A stretch of 64,000 nt of DNA from a bacterium (GCA_030697645.1 JAUYPI010000014.1:12136-76135), one strand, 5' to 3'; numbered from the stretch's first letter, positions 18,689 through 29,539 are shown. Numbers and translations: made by a program. The notes: generated from the letters alone by a model not told the origin.

Positions 18689-18729
18689 GATATATATAAC
18701 GTACCTTACGCACTAAAATGACGCACGCG

Positions 18730-21234
18730 CTAAAGGCCAGCAATCTCTCTCGCGCAGCGCAGAGCCTTGGCGAGCGTGCCGCATGGGTTGCTGTAAGAAA
18801 ACACGAGTTCATGTTTTCCTCGAGGTATCGCAACGCCCATAAACACGGTATTCACCCTGTAGATGGGGAGCGGGACTCCGTCGAGTGACGCATCCCACCC
18901 CGGCAGGTTGTTCTCCGAAAAAACGAGAAAGCCGGGAGTCTTTGTATACACTTTAAGCGCCGCAAGCCCGTTTTGGTGCTTCTCTATTTCCACGACGTGT
19001 TCTCCGTCAAACGTACGCTCCCCCGAACTGCAGCTTTTTTCGTACCGCTCGTCGGCCGTGCACTGAACAAGCATCTGGGAAAAATCTGTGCGGTAGCGCT
19101 CAAACACCTCTGCATCTTCGGCGTCAAGGAACGTCAGACGATCTGCGAAGTAAAAAATATCGTTCGCCTCGGGGTTTTCATATATAAATACGGGGATCTT
19201 GTGTTCTGTTATTTCCGTTTGGAATACCTGCGGGAATACGCCCTCCTCGAAGGGAGTGGTGGTAACAATATAGCGTATGCCGAGAAAATCTAATAATGCC
19301 TTACGCATTATGAGTACCTCCTCCTTGGTACGGTCAGGGACTCGAAAAGGGTTTTCTGTCAGTCCGGTAAAAACTGGGACCACCGCCACAAAACTCATCA
19401 ATCGGTTAGCCGCATGCGGCACGAGCGCATCGGCCGCAAGCGACGACTGTATATCGTAATGCAAAAACTGGTTAGGAACCAACACCGCCTGGCGGTATAT
19501 CAGCCTGTCTTCCAAAGTAAGCTTCCTCTCTTCCATAATCCCCTCCTCATTCGAACTGTAGAGGTGCTGTAAAACACGGCCCGGGTGATTCTCAAGGAAC
19601 GATATGGTCGCCGGTCTCTTCTCGTATGCGCCCGATTTGATTGTCGGGTAATTGAACATGCCGACTGCACCGGCGGACAGAGCGGCGACGATCAACAGCA
19701 CGACACTCTGTCGCCTCACGAGCGGCGTACGGGAATAAAGATAGATCGCTCCCCCGCCGATCGCGAGCGACATGAAGCTCGCGAGGAGCAGAGGGTTTGA
19801 AAAAGAAAGATACTGTCGCAGGTCTAAAAACACACGGTCAATGATGCCGAAATAATGGCTGGGTGGGTACGCCCCAGCAGGCTGGTACACGTGGTACAAG
19901 AAGCGTTCAAAAAACCATTTTAAGAATGAAGCAACGTGCCGCTCAAAAAACAGAAAAATTATATTCAGCGCAGCGACGAGCGCGGCCAACGCCATCACGG
20001 TCCATAAAAATATGCCCCTGGCCCTTCCGGTCCAGCGCTTCAAATTAGCATCCGGAACACGCGCTCGAAGAGCATCAACGCCAAAAGCGCTCAGTATAGA
20101 GAAACAAAATGTCGCAAGCAGAACGAGACGCGCCGGAGAACGAAACATTGAAACAAACGTGTGGTCGTGCAGGAACTTAAACGGTATGGAACGAAACAGT
20201 GCGAGACTCAAGGCAACGAACGCCAAGCCGAGGAAAAAACGCGGTACCGGGCGCCGATCTCGCAGTGAAATAATAAGAAAAAAAAGCGGAATAACGCCTA
20301 TGAAAAGCAGCTCGCTTGCGCCTCGCGACCCGAACGGAATCCCCTGCGGGCTCTTCACGCCGGGGAGAAACAACCGTATAAGTTCCTGGGGTAATAGTGA
20401 ATCATCAATTGCCTCTGCGTACGTGACTCCCCCCGCTGCGCGTGGGGAATAGGCACTGATGAGCGCGGTCGGCAGCAACTGATACGACGCCACGGCAAAC
20501 CCCACGCCGAACATCAGAGCAACTCTCAAGAGAAACCCGCGGAGTTCACGGGCACCGCCTCTCTGATATAGGTGCCACGCAATAAATAAGACAAACAAAG
20601 CTGCAGCCGCCAGAAAATAAACAAACTGCATGAATATGACGCCGAGTCCGCCAAACGCGATCAAAGCGATGCCGAACAAAACATACGACCACCGTTTGGC
20701 GGCAAGCTTCCAGAGAACGAGAAACAGCAACGGCAAGAACAACTGCGCGTGTACTGCGGTGGGAACGATGATACGAAATGTAACGATATACGCGACACCC
20801 GCCATGAGGGCCGCCGATTTAGAGACGCCGAGGGCGCGGGCAAGCGCCGCGCATGATATAGCGGCAAGCACACATACAATAAAGCCGTATACGTTTGTGT
20901 AATACAGAGCGCGCTCCGGCGTAGAGCTCAAAAGGGCTATAAGGTGGAACCAAGGTAGAAAAAATCCGGATGAAGTCGCGAAAATGGGAAAACCAAAAAG
21001 AGTCTCCGCGCTCCACAAATAACTCGTGCCGCTCGCGAGAGCTCGATGCAGAAAAGAAAAATAAGGGGCTGTCAGTTTTACCACATCGTTCCACCACAAA
21101 ATCCGACCGCCTACTAAAAGCGGGGCGCGGGCTATGAATACGGGGATGACCAAAAATAAAAACCAAAATCGCCCGAAGGCGGCTTTTTGCACGGCTGCCG
21201 AAACAAGGCGTACGGTTTTAAACAATGCAGACAT
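18730..21234 (-). CDS. YfhO-like polytopic membrane protein (GT-C)
   Basis: LWS...FGFP, QLLPT...S.R, FRSPAR, C-terminal LVFSE...PGWDA.LDG....YRVN..FMGV.IP.G.HE. Confidence 0.8.
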   Translation of the reverse strand: MSALFKTVRLVSAAVQKAAFGRFWFLFLVIPVFIARAPLLVGGRILWWNDVVKLTAPYFSFLHRALASGTSYLWSAETLFGFPIFATSSGFFLPWFHLIALLSSTPERALYYTNVYGFIVCVLAAISCAALARALGVSKSAALMAGVAYIVTFRIIVPTAVHAQLFLPLLFLVLWKLAAKRWSYVLFGIALIAFGGLGVIFMQFVYFLAAAALFVLFIAWHLYQRGGARELRGFLLRVALMFGVGFAVASYQLLPTALISAYSPRAAGGVTYAEAIDDSLLPQELIRLFLPGVKSPQGIPFGSRGASELLFIGVIPLFFLIISLRDRRPVPRFFLGLAFVALSLALFRSIPFKFLHDHTFVSMFRSPARLVLLATFCFSILSAFGVDALRARVPDANLKRWTGRARGIFLWTVMALAALVAALNIIFLFFERHVASFLKWFFERFLYHVYQPAGAYPPSHYFGIIDRVFLDLRQYLSFSNPLLLASFMSLAIGGGAIYLYSRTPLVRRQSVVLLIVAALSAGAVGMFNYPTIKSGAYEKRPATISFLENHPGRVLQHLYSSNEEGIMEERKLTLEDRLIYRQAVLVPNQFLHYDIQSSLAADALVPHAANRLMSFVAVVPVFTGLTENPFRVPDRTKEEVLIMRKALLDFLGIRYIVTTTPFEEGVFPQVFQTEITEHKIPVFIYENPEANDIFYFADRLTFLDAEDAEVFERYRTDFSQMLVQCTADERYEKSCSSGERTFDGEHVVEIEKHQNGLAALKVYTKTPGFLVFSENNLPGWDASLDGVPLPIYRVNTVFMGVAIPRGKHELVFSYSNPCGTLAKALRCAREIAGL

Positions 21235-21278
21235 CGTACTATACGCTTACACAACTTTTTTGCTGAAAAGTATCGCTG

Positions 21279-22250
21279 TTAATGCCACCGTGGCTCACGC
21301 TGGTGGGGGTCGTTCTCGAGCGCAAAACGCTGCAGTGACGAGAGGTGTGAGGACGCGGAAAAATACTCGGGATAAGAATAGGAAATCGGCGTAAACGAAC
21401 CGGGCGGCGTGTAAATGCTTGTATACATCAATCGCTCGCGCTCCCGTGCAAAGCCGCCGCGATGGAGCCCGCTCGTGTCGCAAAAAACGATAGTCCCGGC
21501 GGCGCCAGTACACACTCTTATATCTTCGCTCGGAATAAAATTGTCGGCGTCCGGCGGCATCTTGGGAGAACCCGCGGGCGGCTCCTGCGCAAAGAGCGAG
21601 CGCCACTTGCCACCGCTATGCGAAAACTGCACGTAGGTGAACGGGCCAGCGTCCTCGTCCACGTCATTGAGGTAAAGAAACACCTTAACGAGCTTCTGGT
21701 CTTCGGGGTCGCGATGCCAGCGCTGTGAGGCGAATCGGTCCCTGCTCGTGGGCATCGGCACCGTTGCCTCAAGCGCCCAGCCGCGAAACTTCGGCCACAT
21801 GCCGAGGTACCCCGCAACTGTGCCGAGTATCGCCTCGTCGAGTGAAAATCGCGTAAACGGGTGCGCGAAGTCGAGCACTGCTGGCCCCTCCCAGAGATTT
21901 ACCAAAAAATACGATTTGGCTCGCGTGCTCTCGCCTGCGCGCTCGTCGTGCGAGCGCTCTGCTCGAGCACGCACGGCCGGACTCTCCCATCGCTCGCGAG
22001 CGTACGCAATAAGCTCAACGACGCGCTTCCCGCCGAGGAGCGCGTCGGCGCGCGTCACGGCAATTCCGGTGCGCTCAAGCTCGCCTATAATCGCCCGCCC
22101 AACGTCGCTCACTATTGGCGGCGCGGAGCGGTAGCGTCGGATCGCGGCGCGGTTACGAAAACGCCACATCGCCGGTAGCGAGAGCGTACGATAATATCGG
22201 CGCCCGCAGGCGCGCAAAAATTTCTTTACGAGACGTTTGAGTGTGGACAT
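21279..22250 (-). CDS. 2OG-Fe(II)/phytanoyl-CoA dioxygenase-like protein
   Basis: SQRWHRD, KVFLYLNDV...AGP, GTIVFCDT.GLHRG; start trimmed to MSTLK. Confidence 0.8.
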   Translation of the reverse strand: MSTLKRLVKKFLRACGRRYYRTLSLPAMWRFRNRAAIRRYRSAPPIVSDVGRAIIGELERTGIAVTRADALLGGKRVVELIAYARERWESPAVRARAERSHDERAGESTRAKSYFLVNLWEGPAVLDFAHPFTRFSLDEAILGTVAGYLGMWPKFRGWALEATVPMPTSRDRFASQRWHRDPEDQKLVKVFLYLNDVDEDAGPFTYVQFSHSGGKWRSLFAQEPPAGSPKMPPDADNFIPSEDIRVCTGAAGTIVFCDTSGLHRGGFARERERLMYTSIYTPPGSFTPISYSYPEYFSASSHLSSLQRFALENDPHQREPRWH

Positions 22251-22255
22251 AGACG

Positions 22256-22339
22256 ACGAGAGAGTAGAAGGTGGAAAGCGGAGACGGACGATAAAAATGC
22301 GTCGTCGTGCACTACCCTCTACACTTTCCACTCTCTCGT
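22256..22339. repeat. Heptamer-type imperfect hairpin at a gene junction
   Basis: ACGAGAGAGTAGAAGGTG vs CACTTTCCACTCTCTCGT (16 of 18 complementary). Confidence 0.75.
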
Positions 22340-22350
22340 TCGCTCGCATA

Positions 22351-23742
22351 CTACACCGCCGCGCTCTGATAGTGCAAGGCCACACGCTCAAAAATAGCGT
22401 GCGCGATCCGCTCGCCGGCCTTCCCGTCCATAAACGCGCACTGCTCGCGCACGAGACGCTCGCGGCCGTCCCGATCGAGCTCATGATTATCAAGGTAGCG
22501 CCGCGTCCACTCCACTAACTCCTCGACACTCCCGACGAGCCGGATACCGCCAGTCGCAAGCGCTTTTCGGTAGTGCTCCGTCCCGTAGTAAAACGTCGGC
22601 GACCGGAGACTCGGTACGCGCCCGATGCTCTCCCCTATTTCAAAATTGATGTTGATGACCGGCCGCCCCATGAGCGCCGCGTCAATCCCGATGCTCGATG
22701 CGTAGGAAATGACCAGAGATGCATGCGCGAGCGTGTCGCGCAGCCGCTCCGCGTCCTCGCGCGTCATGTCCCAGTCACCGCCACGCTCTGAGCCGAACCG
22801 AAGACCAGGCAGATCGTACCGAAGCCACGGCCGTTTCTCAATCTCCTGTCGGTCTACAAAATCGTTGGGTTGAAACCGCACGAAAAGCTCGGCGTTCGGA
22901 ATTTGTTTTTGTTGCTCGATGAGATCGTAGAGCAGGTCTATCGCATACCAATCATACTTTGAAAACGCAGTCCCCATTGGGGCAAAAAGGACAAGGCGCT
23001 TTGTTGGGTCGGAGCCAATCGAGCGCAAAAATGCCTCGCGGCTCATCGGCTTATTCGTGAAATATATGTCGTACTGCGGCACGCCTACGATACTCGTGTG
23101 CTCGCGAGGCATATCGGCAAAACGCTCCGCCTCGTCTCGCACAATTTCATTGTAGACGAGGATCCTGTCTGACAGGAGGCGCAGCGACGCGCGGGCGGTG
23201 AGCTTATCCCACGTATTGATAAAACCGACTGTCGGCACGCCCCGCCGCCGCGCGTCGCGAAGCAGCGCGACTTCACCGTCGTCGAAAAGGTTCGCGAGCA
23301 CAACCACAGAAGGCTGGTACTTCTCGAAAAGTGCGCCGCAACCACTGTCGCCGACGAAAGCCGTATCGAGTCGGCGCAGCAACCGCCGCACAAAAGAGTG
23401 CACGATGAGGCGATTCAACAAAGACCCTGCGTAGTACGCGAAAGCATTCCGTGACTCAAGGTAGTGCCCGCGCCTGCGCAGGTCGGTCGTTCTCGTGCGG
23501 ATAAGATGAAATTTAAGGAAGCTCATCAGGCGCTCGAGAGCGCCATGTGGCGCTGGATCACACACTGCGTACGTAACGCCCTCAATTGGAAGCTCGCGTG
23601 TGTAATACGCCGCGCGCTCCTCATTGCGCACAAGCGCAATGATACGCGCATCTTTCCGAGAGAGCAGCGCGGCGGCAACCTCAGTGCGCAACAAATTTTT
23701 TACCTCCACCGCCTGAAAGCAAGTCAAAAAGATAGTCGTCAT
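22351..23742 (-). CDS. WDNL-motif GT-B/TagF-like protein, paralog 2
   Basis: NTWDKL, VGVPQYD, VRFQP, SSIGIDAA..GRPVIN. Confidence 0.7.
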   Translation of the reverse strand: MTTIFLTCFQAVEVKNLLRTEVAAALLSRKDARIIALVRNEERAAYYTRELPIEGVTYAVCDPAPHGALERLMSFLKFHLIRTRTTDLRRRGHYLESRNAFAYYAGSLLNRLIVHSFVRRLLRRLDTAFVGDSGCGALFEKYQPSVVVLANLFDDGEVALLRDARRRGVPTVGFINTWDKLTARASLRLLSDRILVYNEIVRDEAERFADMPREHTSIVGVPQYDIYFTNKPMSREAFLRSIGSDPTKRLVLFAPMGTAFSKYDWYAIDLLYDLIEQQKQIPNAELFVRFQPNDFVDRQEIEKRPWLRYDLPGLRFGSERGGDWDMTREDAERLRDTLAHASLVISYASSIGIDAALMGRPVININFEIGESIGRVPSLRSPTFYYGTEHYRKALATGGIRLVGSVEELVEWTRRYLDNHELDRDGRERLVREQCAFMDGKAGERIAHAIFERVALHYQSAAV

Positions 23743-25100
23743 GCCGGTGAATTATTGATAGGGCAAAACCCTTGAAGTACACCCGCGAGCCGCTCGCTCG
23801 CGCGGCCGTCGAGGCGATACGCCTCCTCCCGCGCGAGCCGCTCACGCCCTTCGTGGCCTCGCGCAGGATCGGAGAGCGCCGTGCGCACGGCACCGCAAAG
23901 TTCACCCTCGCTTTTTGCGAACATAACCCCGCCGCTCTCAAGCACCGCGCTAAAGTGCTCGTAATCATAAAAGCGCCGCACGCTCTCCTGATACGGAAGC
24001 GCCGCCGCGTCCGTACCGTCAAATCCGACTAAAACAATCGGCTTATCAAAAAATGCGGCGTCCACGCAGATAGTTGAAGGTCCGGCGACGACGACGTCTG
24101 CTGCGGCAAGCGTTTGAGCAAGACGAACGTCGTCCGCGCGCGAGAGCTCCGTATTTTTCACATGGCCGAGCCCTGAGCCGCCGCGCTCGACAACCACGCG
24201 ACCGAACCGCCCGGGACGTACCCCCGCAACCTCGTCTGCGATCGGCAGGCGCACAAACAGAAGAGCGGTGTCTGGGAGACAAGAATCGAGCAGCGCGATA
24301 CAGTGCTGATCAATCGCGTGCCTCGCCGCAACATACCGGTCGCCAACCGGCGCAAAGAGAACAACGTGCGTCCCGGGATCAAACCCGAGTTCTCGAAGAA
24401 ACACCGCGCGGGTCGCTCCCGTGCTCACGTGCTCACGGTACCGCGCGTATCCGTCGTAGTGCGGAATGCCCACGACGCCGACGCGCTGCGGCGCAATGCC
24501 GTGGAGCACGGTTGCTTCACGAGCAATGATGTCGTTGTGGACAACGAGCCGATCCGGCACCACGCGGAGGAGTCCTTTGGCCGTCAGGTTGTCCCATGAG
24601 CGCACCATGCCGACGATGGGGATACTCAACCCACGGGCTGCGTGCATGAGTCGGACATCGTGCTCATTCTGCACGTCGGTCGAAAAAACAAGCGCGGGGC
24701 GAAACTCTCTCAAAAGTGCGTCGAACGGGAAGCGCGGCGTGAACATGCGGCTCAATGCCCGTACCAGAGCATGAGCTACCCTGTTCGACAACACCCGCGA
24801 GAGCCACGCGCCGCGCCCGCTAAGTTCAGCGGCTCGCTTGATTGAAAGCGCCCTCGTCCGGAGCGCCGAGAGGACAAGCGTACGCAGTATGAGATCTCGC
24901 CTCGTGAGCCGTGCGGAAATACCTCGGATAAGCACGCGCTCGCCCGCATACTCCCGCTCGAAATAAGGCTTCTTTCGCTCCGGACAGAGGATGACAACGG
25001 TGCTCTCCGGCCTCGCAACAAGCACCTGATCAATCACAGTCGTCCCGAGAATGTTGCGTGAAATGAGCGGGTGGAAGCTTGAAATGAAAATCGATGGCAT
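23739..25100 (-). CDS. WDNL-motif GT-B/TagF-like protein, paralog 3
   Basis: VRSWDNL, VGIPHYD, GPSTICVDAAFFDKP. Confidence 0.7.
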   Translation of the reverse strand: MPSIFISSFHPLISRNILGTTVIDQVLVARPESTVVILCPERKKPYFEREYAGERVLIRGISARLTRRDLILRTLVLSALRTRALSIKRAAELSGRGAWLSRVLSNRVAHALVRALSRMFTPRFPFDALLREFRPALVFSTDVQNEHDVRLMHAARGLSIPIVGMVRSWDNLTAKGLLRVVPDRLVVHNDIIAREATVLHGIAPQRVGVVGIPHYDGYARYREHVSTGATRAVFLRELGFDPGTHVVLFAPVGDRYVAARHAIDQHCIALLDSCLPDTALLFVRLPIADEVAGVRPGRFGRVVVERGGSGLGHVKNTELSRADDVRLAQTLAAADVVVAGPSTICVDAAFFDKPIVLVGFDGTDAAALPYQESVRRFYDYEHFSAVLESGGVMFAKSEGELCGAVRTALSDPARGHEGRERLAREEAYRLDGRASERLAGVLQGFCPINNSPA

Positions 25101-25259
25101 ACGAAAAAACACCGCTCGACAGCGGGCATCCTGTCGCGCATGAATGTCACTCCATACAACTCCGCCCCTGGCGTCGATGGCACGGGCGACGGGCAGCGTG
25201 TAAAAACAAGACTACTTGTGGCTTTTCCCACGAGAGTCCTGATTTAGACGTGTACGTCT

Positions 25260-27104
25260 CTACGTACCGCACTGGCTCACAAGCAGCGCCCTCGATTTCG
25301 GACCGATAAGACCGTACCCGGTAGTTGCGGGACTGCCGCTCGAGACAACCCCGCTCGCGCCCTGCCACATGCGCACTGCCGCTTGAGTCAATTTCCCGAA
25401 ATACCCAGTCGCCAAACCGGCTTCAAGTTGCCCTTTTTTAATGAGAAATTTTTGTAGTTTCGAGACTTCACCCCCGGTTCCCGCATCTCGCATTCCAAGT
25501 CCAAGAGTTCTGGTGAGTTTACAATCTATCGTCGCCGTGGCAGTCGTGGCCAGTGGCAATACGGGTACAGGAACAGAAGTAGAGGAAGGAGAAGGAGGAG
25601 CGACCGCAGCGGGGATTGGGGACTGCTCTAGCTCGGGCTGGGGCGGCAAAACAGCACCTCCAGCGCTGTTAAAGTAGGACGGGATGCCAGTCTTCATGTA
25701 CTCGGCAAGGGCAGCAATAGCGGCGTCGGAATAATCGGCACGCACTAAGGATTTTACGTCATCATCAAACGCCGGACTGCCCTTGTATGGGAAGAATAAA
25801 TCGGCGCGCTCTAATCCGCTTACCTGCGTCATGGCACTCACGATCATGTCCGTGTCTTCGGCAGTACTTCCTTGAGGAGACGGGTTTCGTGTCTTCAAAA
25901 TCCTCAAGAGCTCCACCATACCGTCTGCGCCGACTTTTTTATAGAGATTCGAGATGATTACTCCCGAGTGCGTATATGAATCACGGATTGGGAAATCGAT
26001 ACCTCCTTCAAAACTATAATCGAAATTTTTATCGTATTTTGCCTTGAGTTCTTTGGCGCTGAACAGGTGAGTGCGGTTCGTTATATCCAGAAGCGTTTGT
26101 TCCTGTATATCTGCAAAAATGTACGGGCGTGCCTGGGTCTCCATAAAAACCGCGATACCCTCCTTAAACCATTTCGCGGAATACGCGGCCCCGTAGAAAA
26201 GCCGCTGATTCCTTTCGACAAGATGGGCCATCTCGTGCACGAGTGTTGTTTTAATCTCACTGAGCGTCTCGGTATCAAGATAATCCTTGTTGTAGAGGAC
26301 GACGTTCGGTGGAGCAGCCAGTGCCGTTGCCTCATACCCGACATCTATATCGGAAAGATCAGCCGCATAGATGAGTATATTCTCTGGCGGTTTGATGCCG
26401 AGGGACTTCACAAAAAGGTCGTCGACAAAAGACATCTGCGACAGGGCAGTTTCAAGCTTCGCTACCGACGCGACCGACCCTGCTACCGTATACCGCCCCA
26501 CCGTCTTAACCGCATTCCCCGTCCCTGCGTTCGGCGTTGCGAATGCCACCAGTACGGGGGCGACATAGGAGGAGTTTCCAGCAGGGTACGCCACAGAAAG
26601 CGTCTGGCCCTGCGCCTCATACGACGGCCAGGCAGATAGCACCTTCCAGTCTGCTGGATAATCAATCGTTATCGCGGGGGAGAGAAAGTAGGAGCCCCGC
26701 GCGACCCAAAATTCATACACCGCGACAGGCTGTGTCAGAACGGTGGAAATGTCGTAGTCGATGTAAAGATTGTGAACACCCGAGTTAGTTTTGTAACGGT
26801 TCGGCACGATAATGTAGCCGCTCTCGAAGCCAGTTTCGAGATTTCCCATTTCATCAGCCGCTCCCCGGAAGAGGTATGTCATGGCACCAGTCGCCCCGAA
26901 GTTATCAACATTATCAAAAGCGCTCGCGCTCACATACTTCGTGTCCAGAGGAAACGTCCAATGACCGCTCGCTTTAAAATCGGGCGTGATCGTAATATGC
27001 ACCTTTTGGTTGACCGCCTCGGCAGAGTTACTCAGGAAAAAGAGAGCAAAAAAGGCTCCACACAGGACGGCGTATTGGCAGATGGATGGTTTACGAAAAA
27101 ACAT
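25260..27104 (-). CDS. Secreted gluzincin-type metallopeptidase with C-terminal peptidoglycan-binding domain
   Basis: Signal peptide (AEA); HEMAH...WFKEGIA; P/T/S-rich linker; EVSKLQKFL...TGYFGKLTQAAV..WQ...GYG.IGPKSR. Confidence 0.75.
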   Translation of the reverse strand: MFFRKPSICQYAVLCGAFFALFFLSNSAEAVNQKVHITITPDFKASGHWTFPLDTKYVSASAFDNVDNFGATGAMTYLFRGAADEMGNLETGFESGYIIVPNRYKTNSGVHNLYIDYDISTVLTQPVAVYEFWVARGSYFLSPAITIDYPADWKVLSAWPSYEAQGQTLSVAYPAGNSSYVAPVLVAFATPNAGTGNAVKTVGRYTVAGSVASVAKLETALSQMSFVDDLFVKSLGIKPPENILIYAADLSDIDVGYEATALAAPPNVVLYNKDYLDTETLSEIKTTLVHEMAHLVERNQRLFYGAAYSAKWFKEGIAVFMETQARPYIFADIQEQTLLDITNRTHLFSAKELKAKYDKNFDYSFEGGIDFPIRDSYTHSGVIISNLYKKVGADGMVELLRILKTRNPSPQGSTAEDTDMIVSAMTQVSGLERADLFFPYKGSPAFDDDVKSLVRADYSDAAIAALAEYMKTGIPSYFNSAGGAVLPPQPELEQSPIPAAVAPPSPSSTSVPVPVLPLATTATATIDCKLTRTLGLGMRDAGTGGEVSKLQKFLIKKGQLEAGLATGYFGKLTQAAVRMWQGASGVVSSGSPATTGYGLIGPKSRALLVSQCGT

Positions 27105-27108
27105 GGAT

Positions 27109-27729
27109 TCAATAATTGGTGAATTTCACCGACTGGAGTATGCGGACCATGAGATCGCGCAGAACGGGATTTTTGTCCGTATAGACCGTATGTACCTGAT
27201 GTACCTTACCCTTCCGAAATATGAAGTCATCGAAGACAATAAGACGGTTCTTTTTCGTAGAAACGTAGCTCCACTCGACGGAGTATATTTTATTACCATC
27301 TCGCTCTTTCATGCTCGCCGCTGTTACCCGAACGCCCACCAACGATCGCCGTTGCTGAGCGATATAGAAATTGACCAGGTCTATGGGGTCGACCTTAGCG
27401 ACAACTGCCTCGGGCACAGAAAAAATAGCGGCGGGCGTAGAGCTTAACACATAGGCTTTTTTTACAATCCGTACCCCTTGGTCGGTGCGATCTCGTAGAG
27501 AAATCAAGCCCACCGAGTTGTTACTCAGGGTAGTAAAGGTGCGCTCGGAGACGCTCCAGTATTTCGGTACAAGCACGCGCACGCCACTGTCTTTGCTCGC
27601 ATATTCGGTGTCATACTGATATTCGGTCTCATACTGAAAGACGGTCTCTGCAGATACAAACAGCGACACTGCATGTGCCGCTACAGAGATGACAACAAAC
27701 GCGAGTATGAAACGGCCAAAAGAGTTCAT
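27109..27729 (-). CDS. Exported hypothetical protein
   Basis: N-terminal hydrophobic signal; co-oriented, 4 nt from the next gene. Confidence 0.65.
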   Translation of the reverse strand: MNSFGRFILAFVVISVAAHAVSLFVSAETVFQYETEYQYDTEYASKDSGVRVLVPKYWSVSERTFTTLSNNSVGLISLRDRTDQGVRIVKKAYVLSSTPAAIFSVPEAVVAKVDPIDLVNFYIAQQRRSLVGVRVTAASMKERDGNKIYSVEWSYVSTKKNRLIVFDDFIFRKGKVHQVHTVYTDKNPVLRDLMVRILQSVKFTNY

Positions 27730-27821
27730 GGTATTCTGTGATCCTGAAAATGCCAGAGGCCCTGTGGGAGATACCGTACCTCTGAGGCGTCTTGCACACT
27801 TTTTTTCTATACACAGTTTAA

Positions 27822-28697
27822 TTAACCCAGTCGCGACTTCTCCTCAATAGCCTTTCGGGCGACAGGAAGTTCGCCTATAAAGAGCTGGGGGGAAATGCCT
27901 TTGTCCGTCAAAACTATTTTCGCGTTGTCTTGCAAAGCACGCTGGGTAACTTCAAGTTGCTTGAGAAGTTGCGCGTTCCCGGTAAATGACTTGTTTATGA
28001 GATCAAAGGCCTGCGCCTGTCCTTCCGCCTCGAGGATGGCGGCCTGCTTCTTTCCTTCAGCTTCCTTGATCATTGCTCGCCGGTTGCCGTCGGCTTCTGT
28101 CTCTTTCGCTGTGGCAAAGTCGATGGCCGAGCGCTTACTGTTCTCTGCCTTGATAACCATGTTCATGGTTTCCTGAACGTCTCTCGGCGGAATAATTTCC
28201 TTCATTTCAACACGCACTACTTCAACGCCCCATTTACCTGTTTCTTTTCGTAAGATGTCGGCAAGCTCGGAATTCAGCTTCGAACGCTGCGAATTAACGT
28301 CCTTGAACGCCATGCCGCCAATGACGTTTCGTGCAGTCGTCTGCGCCAGTGAGACAATCTGGCTTCTGAAATCACTCACTTCATACAAAGATTGCTTTAC
28401 ATTGTCCTCATCGCGCTTGACCTGGAAGTAGATCATCATATCAACCTTCGCATTCAGATTGTCTTCGGTGATGATCTCGTGCGAAGCGATGTCCACCATG
28501 TTTTCGGTGGTGTCGACTTGCACCATGCGGTCGATAACCGGGATAATCCAGTGGAACCCGGGGTTGCAGAATTTTTTGTATTTACCCAAACGCTCAACAA
28601 CCGCTCTGCGTGTCGGCCTGACAATGCGTATCCCGGCGAGTATAAACACCGCAAGGATTGTGAGCCCCAGGAATTGGAAAGGTGATGCAGAGGTCAT
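27822..28697 (-). CDS. SPFH/band-7 (stomatin/QmcA-like) protein
   Basis: N-terminal TM, VVERLGKY..PG.HWIIP, WGVEVVRVE, AE repeats. Confidence 0.92.
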   Translation of the reverse strand: MTSASPFQFLGLTILAVFILAGIRIVRPTRRAVVERLGKYKKFCNPGFHWIIPVIDRMVQVDTTENMVDIASHEIITEDNLNAKVDMMIYFQVKRDEDNVKQSLYEVSDFRSQIVSLAQTTARNVIGGMAFKDVNSQRSKLNSELADILRKETGKWGVEVVRVEMKEIIPPRDVQETMNMVIKAENSKRSAIDFATAKETEADGNRRAMIKEAEGKKQAAILEAEGQAQAFDLINKSFTGNAQLLKQLEVTQRALQDNAKIVLTDKGISPQLFIGELPVARKAIEEKSRLG

Positions 28698-28749
28698 AGA
28701 TCATTATTTGTCGTCAAAAGTATAGCTCAGTATAACTCAATTCTTGTCG

Positions 28750-29277
28750 CTAGAGAAGCGAGGTTAGAAACACCCCTTCTCCTCCGTAAGGAACAGTAAA
28801 CCCATCGTCAAAGTTACGCTGTCGCACAGCGAGTCCATCACTCACGTGCCTACACGCTTCTTCCTTGCTCATAAACTCTGCTTCAGATTCTCGCAAGTAA
28901 GCAGGGGTCTGCCACGAATGTTCCAAGGTCGCTTTCTTCGATGGTTCGAGCCCGAAAAAAGCGCACTCTTGTCCAGCCGGTATCAACGCCAACAATTTCT
29001 TAACCATTGTAACGTCGTCGTCTTGATACGCGTACGCTTTCATCTCTGAAACCGAATAGAATCCATACGTGCTGTTCCATGTGTCGAGTATCGGGTATGT
29101 CACCACCATCTTAAAGGGGTGTGCCGTGAACGCTTTCTTGTATCCGTCTAAAAAGTGAACCCTGCAAACCTTCTGTCTCGTCGCTTTTCCTCCGAGCACC
29201 GGAGTAACGAGAACGTCTTTTGCGTTTGGATTTCTACAAATTTCACATTCTGGTTTTTTAAAAAAAGAAAGGGCCAT
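28750..29277 (-). CDS. Hypothetical protein with N-terminal CxxC...CxxH
   Basis: 175-aa ORF in operon orientation; no family recognised. Confidence 0.55.
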   Translation of the reverse strand: MALSFFKKPECEICRNPNAKDVLVTPVLGGKATRQKVCRVHFLDGYKKAFTAHPFKMVVTYPILDTWNSTYGFYSVSEMKAYAYQDDDVTMVKKLLALIPAGQECAFFGLEPSKKATLEHSWQTPAYLRESEAEFMSKEEACRHVSDGLAVRQRNFDDGFTVPYGGEGVFLTSLL

Positions 29278-29539
29278 ACAATAGAAAATGGCGGATATAC
29301 GGGGACCGCGCGACGGAGGGTTCCGTCACGCGTATTGTACCGCATACAACCTGAAGTCTCCGCGAGACGATACGAATGCGGGACACGGAATATACTAAAC
29401 ATCTCGCAAAAGCTGGCCGTTTGTGCTAGCGTAGGCTACCGTGGGGCAGAGCCCTGGTGATACTCCGTGGTCTTTTTTTTATACCTTATAGAGACTAGAG
29501 ACCGATTTTTATCAAAAGTCGTGCTACCCCGGGTGCGCC

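Noticed and set aside
29278-29539. tRNA or riboswitch in the divergent intergenic region
   Set aside because: No cloverleaf, T-loop GTTCRA or recognisable aptamer found by eye.
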